Source: Octopus bimaculoides (taxonomy: Eukaryota). From it: a stretch of DNA of 64,000 nt. The position numbers and the translations under genes were made by a program. The notes beneath the pieces were generated by a model that saw nothing but the letters and a program-made list of their open reading frames with translations, searched no databases and had not been told where the DNA came from. Each line of letters opens with the position of its first letter. The first letter of the stretch is position 1. The DNA is taken from the NCBI RefSeq assembly GCF_001194135.2, contig NC_068985.1, positions 44,281,372 through 44,345,371 on the forward strand, written 5' to 3'. Shown piece after piece: positions 1-12,533 of this stretch.

Positions 1-110
1 CCAGTAAGGCGACGTTGGTAACGATCACGTTCAAATGGTGCTTTTTACGTGCCACCAGCACAGAGGACACACAGCTGCCCTGGCAATGATCACACTCGGA
101 TGGTGCTCTT
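1..110 (-). mobile_element. Fragment of RTE-tailed repeat (internal ~60-bp units)
   Basis: Contains ggtgctttttacgtgccaccagc, the reverse complement of the GGTGGCACGTAAAAAGCACC unit motif seen at 18960-19215 and 48990-49265. Confidence 0.6.
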
Positions 111-215
111 AAGGATGAAAGGCAAAGTCAACCTTGGGGGAGTTTGAACTGAGAACAGATAAACTACTGCTAAGCATTTTGCCTGGCATGCTGATGATTT
201 TGCCAGCTTGCTGCT
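111..215 (-). mobile_element. SINE family C fragment
   Basis: aggatgaaaggcaaagtcaacc...tttgaactgagaac...gctaagcattttgcctggcatgct matches copies at 11680-12230 and 54982-55430. Confidence 0.65.
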
Positions 216-253
<38 letters not shown>

Positions 254-340
254 AATACTAATAATAATAATAATAATGAAAATAATGATAAGAAGAATAA
301 AAAAAAAATAACAACAATAATAAAGATTACAATAATGATA
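216..340. repeat. (AAT)n microsatellite
   Basis: Direct reading; source of the poly-N/I/L ORFs at 109-496. Confidence 0.95.
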
Positions 341-345
341 ATAAT

Positions 346-612
346 TGCCCTCATGCAATACCAGGCGGTGGCTCTCATGGCTTCTGATCTTAACTNNNNN
401 NNNNNGGGGGGGGGGAGAAGCATAGCCATGTGTTGTGAGGAATTCTTTGGGGTTTGAATAATTCACTTCTGGAAACATGGGTATTTCATTCAACATCCTT
501 AAACACCATTATTGAGGGACCTTGCTCAACACCACAGATTTGCTTGTCACTTGTTTGACCTTAACTAGTTGAGCATGTCCCTTAGGGGAACATGCTCAAC
601 TAGTTAAGGTAA
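346..612. mobile_element. Rearranged copy of the ~560-bp AAT-flanked interspersed repeat
   Basis: tgccctcatgcaataccaggcggtggctctcatggcttctgatcttaact matches 2135 and 29523; internal order shuffled and ends in an inverted duplication. Confidence 0.7.
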
Positions 613-1062
613 CTTGAAATCCCATGCAAGATTGATGTCTTGCAAAAAGCAGCCTAATTGGGCACAGCACACATCTTAAGGAGAGTATTATCTGTCTGAG
701 GTCCTTGTTGTGACTTGACAGATGACTAAAGACTCTGGTGCTTTTTTACCCACACTGTGTTTTGAAGGAATAATAACAATAATAATAATTATGATAATAA
801 TGATAATAATAATCCTTTCTACTAAAGGCACAAGGCCTGAAATTTTGGGGGAGAGGACTAGTCAGTTACATCAACCAGTGTTTCACTGGTACTTAATTCA
901 TTGATCCTGAAAGGATAACAACAACAACCCTTTCTACAATAGGTACAAGGCATGAAATTTGTTGGGAGAGGACTAGTTGATTATATTGACCCCCTTTGCT
1001 TGAGTGGTACTTATTTTATTAAACCTGTAAGGATGAAAGGCAAAGTTGACTTTGGTGGCTCA

Positions 1063-1280
1063 ATATTCTTTTGTTTCAGTCATTTGTCTGCAGTCATGCT
1101 GGAGCACCACCTTTAGTCGAATAAATCGACCCCAGGACTTATTCTTTGTAAGCCTAGTACTTATTCTATCTGTCTCTTTTTGCTGAACCGCTAAGTGACA
1201 GGGATGTAAACACACCAACATCGATTGTCAAGCAATGGCGGGGAGGGGGGACAGAAAACACAGACACAAACAACAAACAC

Positions 1281-1327
<47 letters not shown>

Positions 1328-1488
1328 ACGGGCTTCTTTCAGTTTCCGTCTACCAAATCCACTCACAAGGCTTTAGTTGGCCCGGGCTTAAGTAGAAGAC
1401 ACTTGCCCAAGGTGCCACGCAGTGGGACTGAACCAGGAACCATGTGGTTGGGAAGCAAGCTTCTTACCACACAGCCGCTCCTGCACCT
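1063..1488 (-). mobile_element. tRNA-derived SINE family A, near full length
   Basis: Minus strand has head ggctgtgtggtaagaagcttgcttcccaaccacatggttcctggttcagtccc, CORE-like ccttgggcaagtgtcttctac, internal (TA)n and tail ...gactgaaacaaaagaat; many copies in window. Confidence 0.85.
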
Positions 1489-1521
1489 ATAATATCAATA
1501 GCATCAATAATAATAATAATA

Positions 1522-2085
1522 ATTGTTTCAGTTTTGCCATTATTGTTAATCTGTTGCTCAAACCTAGTTTTAGTTTTGCTTTCTTGGCAAGTATGCACTG
1601 CTCCAGCTCTTCAATCACAACATTCAGTCCTTTTGTAACAACACCAAACTTCTTCCATTTTTCAAATTTATGATCATTCTTCAATTCTCCTTTTCTTTTC
1701 CTGTCAAGTACTGACATTACACTGTTCAGAGAGCTTATATCTTATGATATTCTCCTTCTCCACCAAGGCTGTTTATTTCCTTTTCTTTCTGTCAATGTTC
1801 TCTTCTCATTGATCTTCAATTGCAACAGTTTTACTTGCAGCCTTGATGAGTCTATTTGTTTGTGAGATGTTCCTTGTTTCAATACATCATTGTCTTTACC
1901 TGCTTCTTGATTTAGTTTCCATTGGTTAGCCTTGTAGAAATTCTACATAAATTCTGTCTCTTCTGCATTTAATTGATCCAAAACCTTGTTCATTATCAAC
2001 TGATCTTCATCGTTTACTTGTACTCTGATCTCGTTTTTTTTTGTAGCATTCACATCAATATATTCTTGTGAACAATTGTCCACTT
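1522..2085 (-). pseudogene. Degraded R4/Dong-clade non-LTR retrotransposon ORF fragment (region upstream of RT)
   Basis: Minus translation IETRNISQTNRLIKAASKTVA...NKQPWWRRRIS*DISSLNSVMSVLDRKRKGELK...KGLNVVIEELEQCILAKKAKLK resembles the recalled TETNxLIxAA / PWWKRR / LNVVIEELKQR pattern of R4/Dong ORFs; stops and frameshifts present. Confidence 0.75.
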
Positions 2086-2134
2086 CTTCTTCTTCTTCTC
2101 CTCCTCCTCCTTGTCATCATCATCATATTATTAT

Positions 2135-2697
2135 TGCCCTGATGCAATACCAGGCAGTGTCACTCATAGCTTCTGATCTGAACTGAATGAAAATGTTAAT
2201 ATGTATGTGTTTTGTCTTTCTGGTGTAAAAGATGGGCTACAGCAAATATTCTACTCAATACAACAGATTTGCTTGTTAGTTGTTTGACCATAACTAGTTG
2301 AGCATGTCCCTTAGTGGTTAATGATATATGCATCTCTGATCATGAGCAGAAGTAGTGGGGTAGAAGCATAGCCAAGTGTTGAGAAGGATTCTTTGAGGTT
2401 TGAAATTATTCAAACCCCTAAGAATCCCCTGAAAACATAGGTGCTGTATTCGCCATCCTTTAACAATATATTTTGAGCAGGCTGAGCTATTTGACCTGAA
2501 GAAAAATTCTAAGTGGGCCCTACCTGCAAGGGCATGAGCTGTTTATCTTAATATGGAGCTCACCATGTTGTACACATATGCTTGTGATGCATGTGTATGG
2601 TATATCCTTATCAGATGGATAGTCATGATGGATGTATTGGGCTTTGTATATTTGTACCTCAGTGTTACTTTGATGCAGTGTGCTGCTCTCCCATTCA
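2135..2697. mobile_element. ~560-bp AAT-flanked interspersed repeat
   Basis: Colinear with 29523-30078; both ends abut ATT/AAT runs. Confidence 0.75.
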
Positions 2698-3271
2698 ATA
2701 ATAATAATGATAATAATAATAACAATAATAATACTCTCTATTACTACTACACTGAACTATTAATATCCACAAAATTTACATCTTGAAATCCTTTTAACGT
2801 GTGTGATGTATAAACATAATTTTTGTTTCTTCCCCAAATCAACACAAAATGACATACTAATATGTTTGTGCCCGTTGCCAATAAATTCTCAAACAACAAA
2901 AGTAAGAATGCCAAGAGGGATTTAGTAGTTCTTTGAGTAAAGACTAAGTAAATTCTCCAGCTTGTCAATATATTATGACATGATGTTATAGTAGTTTCAA
3001 ATAACAAATCCTCCACATACCACCACCTCACCTAAGCTGTCTTTTATAGTTTAGAATGCCATCTAAGCAAAATTCTACTCACATTCTAATACACACACAC
3101 ATACGTGCATATGTATATCTATCTATCTAGGTAGTGATCTATTATATATATAAAAATATATNNNNNNNNNNNNNNNNNNNNNNNNNNNNNNNNNNNNNNN
3201 NNNNNNNNNNNNNNNNNNNNNNNNNNNNNNNNNNNNNNNNNNNNTATATATATATATATATATATATATAT

Positions 3272-3440
3272 TCTTTAATGTCCATTTCCCATTCTGACAT
3301 GGGTTGGATGGTTTGACAGGAGCTGGCAAGTCAGAGAACTGCACCAGGCACCAATTGTCTGTTTTAGCATAGTCTCTATGGCTGGATGCCCTTCTTAATG
3401 TCAACCTCTTTACAGAGTGTACCGGGTGGTTTTTTTTTTA
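3272..3440 (-). mobile_element. RTE-tailed SINE 3' part
   Basis: ttaatgtccattt..catgggttggatgg...ctggatgcccttcttaatgtcaacc matches the tail at 19215-19380. Confidence 0.7.
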
Positions 3441-4746
3441 TATGGCACAAACACAAAAGCATTTTAACATCCACTTTTTCATGCTTGCATTGTTAAGATG
3501 GAATTTGTTGAGGTGAATTTTCTACAGGTGGATGCTGATGCTCTTCCTGTTGCCAACCCTCACCTGTTTCCAAGAAAAAGTAATATTATTGCACTTGTAT
3601 TATAGTGACACTCATTTACAACTATGTGATGTCACACAAGTAGACAGTAACAAGCACATGCATGCACACAGACACACAATGGGCTTCTTTCAGTTTTCCT
3701 TGACCAAATCCAGCCACAAGGCTTCAGTCAGCTCAGGGCTATAGTAGAAGGCACTTGTCCAAGGTGTCATGCAGTATGACTGAACCAAGAGTCATGTGTG
3801 ATTGAGAAGCAAACTTCTAACCACACAGCCACGCCAGTCTATCTGTCCGCCCATCTATCCATCCATCTATCTATCTACACACACACACACACATATATAT
3901 AACAAAAGAGGGAGTGTATTTCTATGCAGGAAAAAATATAGGATAATTTGTTGTTGAAAATTCACCTAAATTTGAAAAATTTGTAATTGCTTAAAATAAA
4001 TTTATTTACATATATACCAAACTAGTTTCAACAATATATATATATATATATAAATATATATATGTTTTACTCAACCTTTGGCATTTGAGTACTGTTATCT
4101 TCAACTAAATCTCACACATGTCTCTATATATGAGTGTATATGCATGTGAGTGTGTGTTTCAATGTATTATGCGTCAGTAGTTGGTGAAGGACTACCCTGA
4201 AAACAAGTGGACAGACATAGTGTGTGTTTTTACACAGACGCACACACCATTTTGACATGACCTCGCTTTACAAAAGAAAAGATCTCGTGTGACACGGTCC
4301 TCAGTTTTAGTTACAAGATATTAGAACGTTCTTCTATTTGAAATCTAAGTATGTTGATCGATGACTGTATTCAAAAGCAGCACATCAAACATTTGTTATT
4401 TCATGGCCTTGAGAAACAGTCGTCACATTAGAAAAAAAGCCTTTGATGCCAGATGAAGAAATATAATCTAGATCAGTCCGTTATTTCTGTCTATCAATCT
4501 CGACAGATGAAGAATTTCAACAAATACCATTTCTTTGTACATTCCACTTAAGATTTTTCTGATAGAAAGTCATTCTTTCTCCCCCTTTATACTTTCTATG
4601 TCATTCTTTTGTGTTACTATTTAATCAATATTTACTTATCAGCACCACTGACTTCAAGAGTTTGATTTCACAAGTTATAACATGCATTTAGATTTGAGCC
4701 TGACACTAAAGCCCATAGTACGCGGTAAGCTGTATATCATCATAAT

Positions 4747-5183
4747 ATTAATTCTTTATTCAAGCACTCAGTCTCTTACACAGAGGGGACAGCACAAGGA
4801 CAGACAAAACACTACAGTGGGAACAAAAAAAAACAAAACGAATGAAATGAGCAAAATGTTATATAATAAATGAAGATGGAATGGCTGCATGACCCCCACT
4901 CTCAAGCAGTACCATTTGAACGTTTTCTCAGACAGTTTCTAATCTTTTATTTTTCCTTTCGTTTTTTTTCCTTAGTATCATTTATTTTTTAAGAAATTCT
5001 CCTTTTTTCTTTTTAAAGTTCATATATGGTTCCAATTCTCTATATTCCACCACAGGTGGCACTTCATCAAATTCAACTTTGACTCTGAGTGGATCAATCT
5101 CGCTTTTAAATATTTCCTTTAACTTGTTGTACCTTTGCTTTCACATGTTCATTATAAATCTCTTTTGGCAGCTTAACTCTTGT
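4747..5183 (-). mobile_element. Unassigned 437-bp insertion flanked by a 14-bp direct repeat; probable 5'-truncated retrocopy
   Basis: tatatcatcataat at 4733-4746 and 5184-5197; minus strand has 52 open codons (5140-4985) then a stop, a T-rich UTR and AATAAA near the 3' end. Confidence 0.5.
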
Positions 5184-5957
5184 TATATCATCATAATTCT
5201 TATGTAAAGTTAAAGGACGAATGTGGAGGCAAATGTATGCATAAAGGAATTAATCATGATTAGAAGCATAGGCATGGACATGTGGATATGCAGTTTGTTC
5301 TATAACCAGTTGGTTTTGGATTCAGTCCCACAGCATAGCACTTTAAGCAAGTGTCTTCTACTATAGCCCCCGGCTGATTAATGCATTGTGAATGGAAATG
5401 GTAGATGGAAACAGTAAAACAGCATGGAAGCTTATTGCATTTGTGTGTGTGCATGTGCACATGAATGTTTACATTGTGTGCCTTCACATGACACTGGAGC
5501 AAAAGAGTAATGTGTTCCCATTACCTACAAACAATACAGCCTGCAGCTTTGCTGGTTCTGAAGATCAGTGGAGTAAAAATAAAAATAAAATTCCTTATTT
5601 GAAAAATAAGTCAGGGCATAATCTGGTTGCAAAATACTACCTCAATAAGTTGCCATCCAACCCACGCTGAGATGGAAAAATGGATGTAAAATGAACAAAC
5701 ATGGTTATAGTATACACATACACATACATAATATACACATACATAGTATATACATACATACATATGTATATATATATACATGCAGTAGCAGTACATGGCT
5801 GTTGCTGAATCATATTTATCTATATAAGTATTCATAAAATAATTTCATGTAATCATATGAGAATGAAAACTTACCAACTTAAAGGTCATGCAACAACACA
5901 GAAACAAATGTTGTAATTTGTAATTAAAGCCTGTTTTTCCATCCTCTTCTATAAATT

Positions 5958-5992
<35 letters not shown>

Positions 5993-6016
5993 CTATCTAT
6001 CTATCTATCTATCTAT

Positions 6017-6057
<41 letters not shown>

Positions 6058-6180
6058 TCAAATTTAAGGTTAAAGAATTAAAGTTAAAAAAATAATGTTT
6101 GTCTGTGCGTCTGTCTAATCGATAAAATCTCTCAATACAATGAAACTGAAATGTAAATCTCCCAGCTTAAAACCATAGAG

Positions 6181-6290
6181 GACACCTGAGGAGTCTTCTA
6201 TGCATTGTGTATTGCATCTGATGTTATTGCATCATTCCACGCCCACAAAGGAGCAATGCACCTCGAAGATGAAACAATTGTTGTAATAAA
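6181..6290 (+). ncRNA. Minimal type-I hammerhead ribozyme motif (PLE-type) with long helix II
   Basis: CTGAGGA 6186-92; helix II gtcttc/gaagat plus tgcattg/caatgca; GAAA 6271-74; palindromic helix III ACAATTGT; GUU triplet; AATAAA at 6285; helix I only 2 bp. Confidence 0.6.
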
Positions 6291-6395
6291 TTATTTTTTG
6301 GGTACAGTCTGTCTTCTCTATCAATCTTTAGGTGGTGCACCGGCATGACCGCAGCCACTTGGCTGAAACACATAAATAAATAAATATATATATAT

Positions 6396-6990
6396 CATCA
6401 TCATCATCATCATCATCATCTTTTAACGTCCGCTTTCCATGCTAGCATGGGTTGGACGATTTGACTGAGGACTGGTGAAACCAAATGGCTACACCAGGCT
6501 CCAATCTGATTTGGCAGAGTGTCTACAGCTGGATGCCCTTCCTAACGCCAACCACTCAGAGAGTGTAGTGGGTGCTTTTACGTGTCNNNNNNNNNNNNNN
6601 NNNNNNNNNNNNNNNNNNNNNNNNNNNNNNNNNNNNNNNNNNNNNNNNNNNNNNNNNNNNNNNNNNNNNNNNNNNNNNNNNNNNNNNNNNNNNNNNNNNN
6701 NNNNNNNNNNNNNNNNNNNNNNNNNNNNNNNNNNNNNNNNNNNNNNNNNNNNNNNNNNNNNNGAAAATCCCACGAAGGCCCCCCAGGCGGCACTGGCAAC
6801 GGTCACACTCAAAATGGTGCATTTCATGTGTCACCCGCACAAGAGCCAGTCAGGGGCACTGGCAACGATCTCGCTCGAAAAATTTCATGTGTCACCCGCA
6901 CAAGAACCAGCCCAGAGGCACTGGCAACGATCTCGCTCGAAAATCCTACGACGGCCCCACACAAGAGCCAGTCCAGGGGCACTGGCAACG
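6396..6990 (-). mobile_element. RTE 3'-UTR-derived element with 62-bp tandem array (gap inside)
   Basis: (CAT)n tail and RTE-type end at 6396-6586; at least 3 repeat units at 6763-6990; mirror image of 22234-23536. Confidence 0.8.
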
Positions 6991-7735
6991 ATAATCTACC
7001 ATCTCAAGTTTAGTGTATAGATGTGCGTGTCAGTTAATATATTATTATTAACTAAAATAGCATATGAACCCACTGACCTCTAACTGACCCTATCTCAAAC
7101 TAATTAATAATCTTTTCTTTCTCATTTACATTCTCTCTCTTCCTAGTTCTCTTCATCTACTTCCCTCCCACACATAGCCATAAACCAATTCTGAACTTTT
7201 TCCATTAACCAAGGACATGAAAAACAATTGCTTCATTTTCCTTTTCTCTGAAGGACACAATCTGAAATTAGAATTAATTCTTTCCCTAATTATTACATAA
7301 ACTTATAAAACCTTACACTTTACCAATAAATAAAATGTTTGCAAGTGCAAACCACTACATTTTCCTAAGATTCTACTTTTAAACAAACTTATTCAATCAG
7401 TTCAGAAGGAACAACTTCCAGTGCTATTATGTAATACACATCATATATTATGTATAACAATATCATCTCTATCATCATTGTCTATAGACATGACATGTGA
7501 TAAGTCACCTCAAGTTATTGAAACAATTGTAAACCATGTAATAAATGCTATATCATAAACCCCACTCTTCACTTACCTTATATGTGTGTGTGTGTGTGTG
7601 TGTGTATAAAGGTAAGATCCAAGGATCAAGGTGTAGGAAGTTAGTAAGTTTCAGGCAGGTATAATTAACAACTTTTAGGAACAATAGTGGTTTATTGATG
7701 TAGAAGATTATAAATTCTTCCCATAGGGTTCAATA

Positions 7736-8110
7736 GGCACAGGTGTGGCTGTGTGGTAAATAGCTTGCTTCCCAACCACATGGCTCCGGGTTCAGTACCA
7801 CTGCATAGCACCTTGGGCAAGGGTCTTCTGCTATAGCCACAGGCCGACCAAAGCCTTGTGAGTGGATTTCGTAGACGGAAACTGAAAGAAGCCTGTCGTA
7901 TATATATATATTTGTGTGTTTGTGTTTGTCCCTCCACCATCACTTGACAACTGAGCTTGGTGTGTTTACGTCCCCATAACTTAGCGGTTTATCAAAAGAG
8001 ACTGATAGAATAAGTAGCAGGCTTACAAAGAATAAGTCCAAGAGTTGATTTTGACTAAAAGGTGGTGCTTCAGCATGGTCACAGTCAAAATGACTGAAAC
8101 AAGTAAAAGT
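7736..8110 (+). mobile_element. SINE family A
   Basis: Colinear with 1063-1488. Confidence 0.85.
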
Positions 8111-8744
8111 ATAAAGTGTAAAAGTGTATATCAAAGTTTGGTAAGCTGAAAAAATGGTTTTATAGCTTATGGTTGGCAGTTTGGGTGGCTGCGCATGCAC
8201 GTAAAAATTCAAAATTAGGGAATGGAGTAGATAAAATCCAGGCTACATAAATTTCAGAGCTAGTAGAACCTCAGGAGTAGTAATTGCTCAAATGAGGGGT
8301 AATCACAACTACAATTTCCATTTGATTTTTATTTTGATGTTGATGTACTTGACTCAATAGGGTCTCCTCAAGCACTCTTAAAATAATTAAACAAAAGACA
8401 ATATTTGACTATAACAGGATTTCAATTGAGAAATTCTGTAAACCATTTAGTCAAATAATTTTTCTTTCTCTTTCTTCACTGAATAAATAGAAAGTTGTGG
8501 TGTTTATGCCTTTCTGATAGTTGTAAGTAGCGTAGGTAGATAGCACTATCTGGTTTAAGATCTATTTTGACAGTGGCATCCAATGTAAATTTTGTGCTAC
8601 ACACCACGCCATCTGCACCATGTTAAAAAACTAATGAGCAACAAGATTTAATTAGCAGTGATCTAATTAGAACACCTTTTGTGAGAGTTTATGAAGAATT
8701 AAAGGAATGCTAGTGATGTATGACCCACTGTGGCTGTTACTGCA

Positions 8745-9010
8745 ACCACACCATACCACTGCTGCTGCCACCTTCACCCCCCCCCCACAAGACTGTCGCC
8801 ACTGCAATTATACCACTAATACCACTAGCACCGATACTACAACAACAACACTATCATTACTGAAATAACTAGAACATACTTACCACACCAACATCACCAC
8901 CACAATCATGACTACACCACCACCACCACCACCATCCTCATTACTACATAACCACTATAACTGTAACACTAATACAACCAATTCCATCATCACCACCACC
9001 ACCAACAACA
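8745..9010. repeat. Degenerate (ACC/ACT/AAC)n low-complexity tract
   Basis: Direct reading. Confidence 0.85.
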
Positions 9011-9167
9011 GACACTGTCTTGGATCTCTTTGATCAATCCTCATTAAAAAGCCATTCTAACAATAATTCTTCCCCTCCCCTTCTGTTTTAAACCTTAAAA
9101 TATAGAAAAATTTAAAGAAATAAAACGAAGAATTTAATGTGTAAATATTTTATTACAGTTATTTACT

Positions 9168-9442
9168 AGACACACACACACACACACACACACAAATGCA
9201 CATACACATAACCACACGACCATACAGACATAAGCGTATGTATGTGTGTGCACGTGTGTGAGTGTGTATGTGTATAGGTGTGTGTGTGTGTGTTGGTGTA
9301 GGTGTGTGTATAGGTGTGTATGCATGTGTGTATGCATGTGTATATGTGTGTGTATGTCTGTGTGTAGGTGTTTGTGTGTAGGTGTATATGTGTAGGTGTG
9401 TGTGTGTGCAAGTGTGTGTGTGTGTATGTGTGCATGTGTGTG
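9168..9442. repeat. (CA)n/(TG)n compound microsatellite
   Basis: Direct reading; source of the HT/CV ORFs. Confidence 0.9.
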
Positions 9443-9944
9443 AAGGCATATGGCCCAGTGGTTAGGGTGTTGCACTCAGGATTGAGAGATCATTGTTTCG
9501 AATCCAGGACCTGGTGGTGCATTATGTTCTTCAGCCAAACACTTCATCACTCAAAGAATTCCGATGCATCACTGTTCTGGATTCAAATCTCAATGGGTAC
9601 TGATTTTGTCTGCCATCTCCCATGTAAATAAGACATCAATAAGATACTAAGGCTGTTTCGGTAAGCTATTACAAAACTGGTCCTACATGTTGTCAAAAAC
9701 CATTAGTCTAATGGATTGGTGTTAGGAGATTAGACTAGGTATTTTATTATGATGGATTTTATTTCATAGTCGAGTGTTTATTGGTAAGAGGGGACTTTAG
9801 CCATACAAATAATATGATTACTTTATTGCAAACTGTTTCTCTAATAATAACATGATAAACGGATGTAAAACTAGCAATAAATAAATGAAATAAAATAAAA
9901 TAAAATACTTGAAAATAGAATTGAAGTACAGTCAATTGAATTAA

Positions 9945-10392
9945 CTATGTGTGATTAAAATGTTCACTTCCCAACCATGTGGTTTTGGGTTCAGTGCCAC
10001 TGTGTGGAATTCTGGGCAAATGTCTTCTATTACAACCCTGAGCTGGCCTAAAATATGCGAGTGGATTTGGTAGATGAAAATTGAAAGAAATCCACTGGCT
10101 GGTGCTGGTGATATGTAATAGCACCTGTGCCAGTGACACCAAATGAATACCCATGCCAGTAACACATAAAAGCACCCATGCCAGTAACATGTGAAAGCAC
10201 CTGTGCCAATGACACACAGAAGGTATTCACTACACTCTTAGAGTGGTTGGCATTATGAAGGGCATCTGGCCGTAGAAACCAAGCCAAATCAAACTGGAAC
10301 CTGGTACAGTTCTCTGATTTACCAGTTCCAGTCAAACCATCTAACCCATGCCAGCATGGAAAGTGGATGTTAATTGATGATGGTGATGATGA
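9945..10392 (+). mobile_element. Composite SINE: family A head, ~25-bp tandem units, RTE tail
   Basis: Head 9945-10095; 4-5 units gcacc(t/c)(g/a)tgccagt(g/a)acac.. at 10100-10225; tail catctaacccatgccagcatggaaagtggatgttaa(gat)n. Confidence 0.7.
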
Positions 10393-11679
10393 TATACATT
10401 TACGTATGTGTATGTGAGTGTGTGTGTATATTTGCATCTCCCTCTTGGCATCATGTGATTGTGGTAAATCACTGTCACACAAATAATGTCATTTATCTCC
10501 AGTATTCTGGCTATGGGGAAAATATTACCTTACTTGGAAACAGGAAGGGCATTTAGCCACAAAGAAATTGCCTCAATAAGCTCTGTCCAATCCATGCAAG
10601 CATTGAAAAGTAGTCATTAAAATGATGATAATGATATATCATTCCTATCACCAACCACTTCACAGAGTGGACTGGGAGCATTTTTCATGCCACCAGCAGA
10701 ATATAGAAGTTGTCTTCTAAGACTCAAATGTGCTTTACACACTCCACTTTTGTTCAGAGTGGTTCCTCTTCTAAACAGGATGTCTTCACTAAAGCTAACA
10801 TAATCCATTCTGTACAGGTAATTTAATTGCAGTTATTGCTTTATTAGATGGACTGCCTTCACTAGAGTTAACAGCATCCTTGTCTCTCTGGAACTGATTT
10901 AATTTCAGTGTTTACAACCCTCCTGGACAGGATGCTAGAATCAACTGTCTTAGAGGGGTTGCTAGGAATCAGGAAAAAGGTAAGGAAGGGGTTGTATCTG
11001 AGAGGGATGATAAAGTATGATGTAATGAGTGGGTCACATTGGGAAGAGGAGAGGAAAAGAGAAAGAAAGAGTGGTGAGGAACAACAAAAGGTAACATAAG
11101 TGTGTGTGTGTGTGTGTGGGGGGGGCTTTATTTGGCTGACATTGGCAGTGTTGGGGAGGCACCCTTTGTAGGAACATGGGGATAGTGATATTGATAGAGG
11201 CAGAAAGAGTTCCGATCTGTATGGTACTGGTCATGGAACTAAGGCACAGTAAAGTAGAGAAAACAGTAAAAGTGGGATAAGTACGAGGCAGAATATATAT
11301 GTCACCAGCCTAAGAATGTAAAGAGGGGTAATGGTGCCAAGCTGCTCATATTGCTTATTGTTCTTACAGAAATTGTTTGGAGGTCATGATGAGCTATGGC
11401 ATCTGTGCATGCATAATTGTCTCACAACATTAATAACAGTTACAGTAGTGTGGAAGACGCATATTAACCATTCAAAACCACACATAAAAACTGTTAACTT
11501 TCACATCAACATTTATGATTTGGTGTCAAGATTTGAAACATTTTACAATAGCTAACATATATCTTTTATGTTGTAACTGTTTTAGCTTTGACTCATGATC
11601 TAAGATGAAATCACTTGCTTGACAGGTACACTTCCGAAATTAATTACAGCACAGAATAAGTATTGGCTTCAAATTTATA

Positions 11680-12230
11680 CATAAGGCCAGCAATTTCAAG
11701 GATGTGATTACATTGACCCCGGCACTCAACTGATACTTATTTTATCAACCCTGAAATGATGAAAGGCAAAATCAACCTTGGCAGAATTTGAACTCAGAAC
11801 ATAAAGACAGATGAAATGCCACAAAGCCTTTTGCCTAGGGTGGTAATGGTTCTAACACTTCGCAACCTTTCTTCTTTTCAGAATATTGGTTTCAAAAGGC
11901 AGCAAGCTGACAGAATCGTTAGCATGGCCGAGGTCAACTTTGCTTTTCATCTTTTCAGGGTCGATAAATTACACACCAGTTGCATACTGGGGTCAATCTA
12001 ATCGACTGGCCTCCTTCCCAAAAAATTTGAGCCTTGTGCCTAGAGTAGAAAAGAATATTGGTTTCAAATTTTGACACAAGGTCAGCAATTTCAAGGGTAG
12101 TGGCTAGTTGATTGCATCGACCCCAGCAGAATCAACCTCAGCAGAATTTGAACTCAGACCATAAAGACAGACGAAATACTGCCAAGTATTTTTCTAGGCA
12201 TGCTAACTATCCTGCCAGCTCGCTGCCTTA
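11680..12230. mobile_element. Cluster of three SINE family C copies in alternating orientation (-,+,-)
   Basis: Shared aaaggcaaa..caacc / tttgaactcag segments at 11680-11860 (-), 11898-12060 (+), 12058-12225 (-). Confidence 0.7.
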
Positions 12231-12533
12231 CAAAGAGAGTAAATTATTTACATCATTTACATTTGACGAATATTTGTCCTCATCTTGTTTGTTATTGACA
12301 TATTTCGACTGATATACCCTCCAGCCCTCATCCCGTGGGATGAAGTTAAAATAATAGACAGAAAACACCACTGGAAAATATGAAAACTAAAAGAAATAGC
12401 ACATATGCTAGGACACAACAACCTCCTAAGCAGACCGAGTACAGATATGAGCAGCATATGGGAACTGGTATTAAGGAAGGATAAGAGAATATTAGATTTA
12501 TAAGCCCTAAAAATTCACTCCATAATTGCCCAC

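Noticed and set aside
4643-4724. Possible first coding exon MHLDLSLTLKPIVR
   Set aside because: Only splice-like signals; too short to evaluate
8745-9010. Mucin-like Thr-rich coding sequence (also 58140-58320)
   Set aside because: Frames are interrupted by stops; typical degenerate trinucleotide tract
10909-10979. 71-nt candidate exon (tttcag|...aag|gtaagg)
   Set aside because: Good splice signals, but embedded in purine-rich TE-like sequence, open in two frames and with no recognisable peptide
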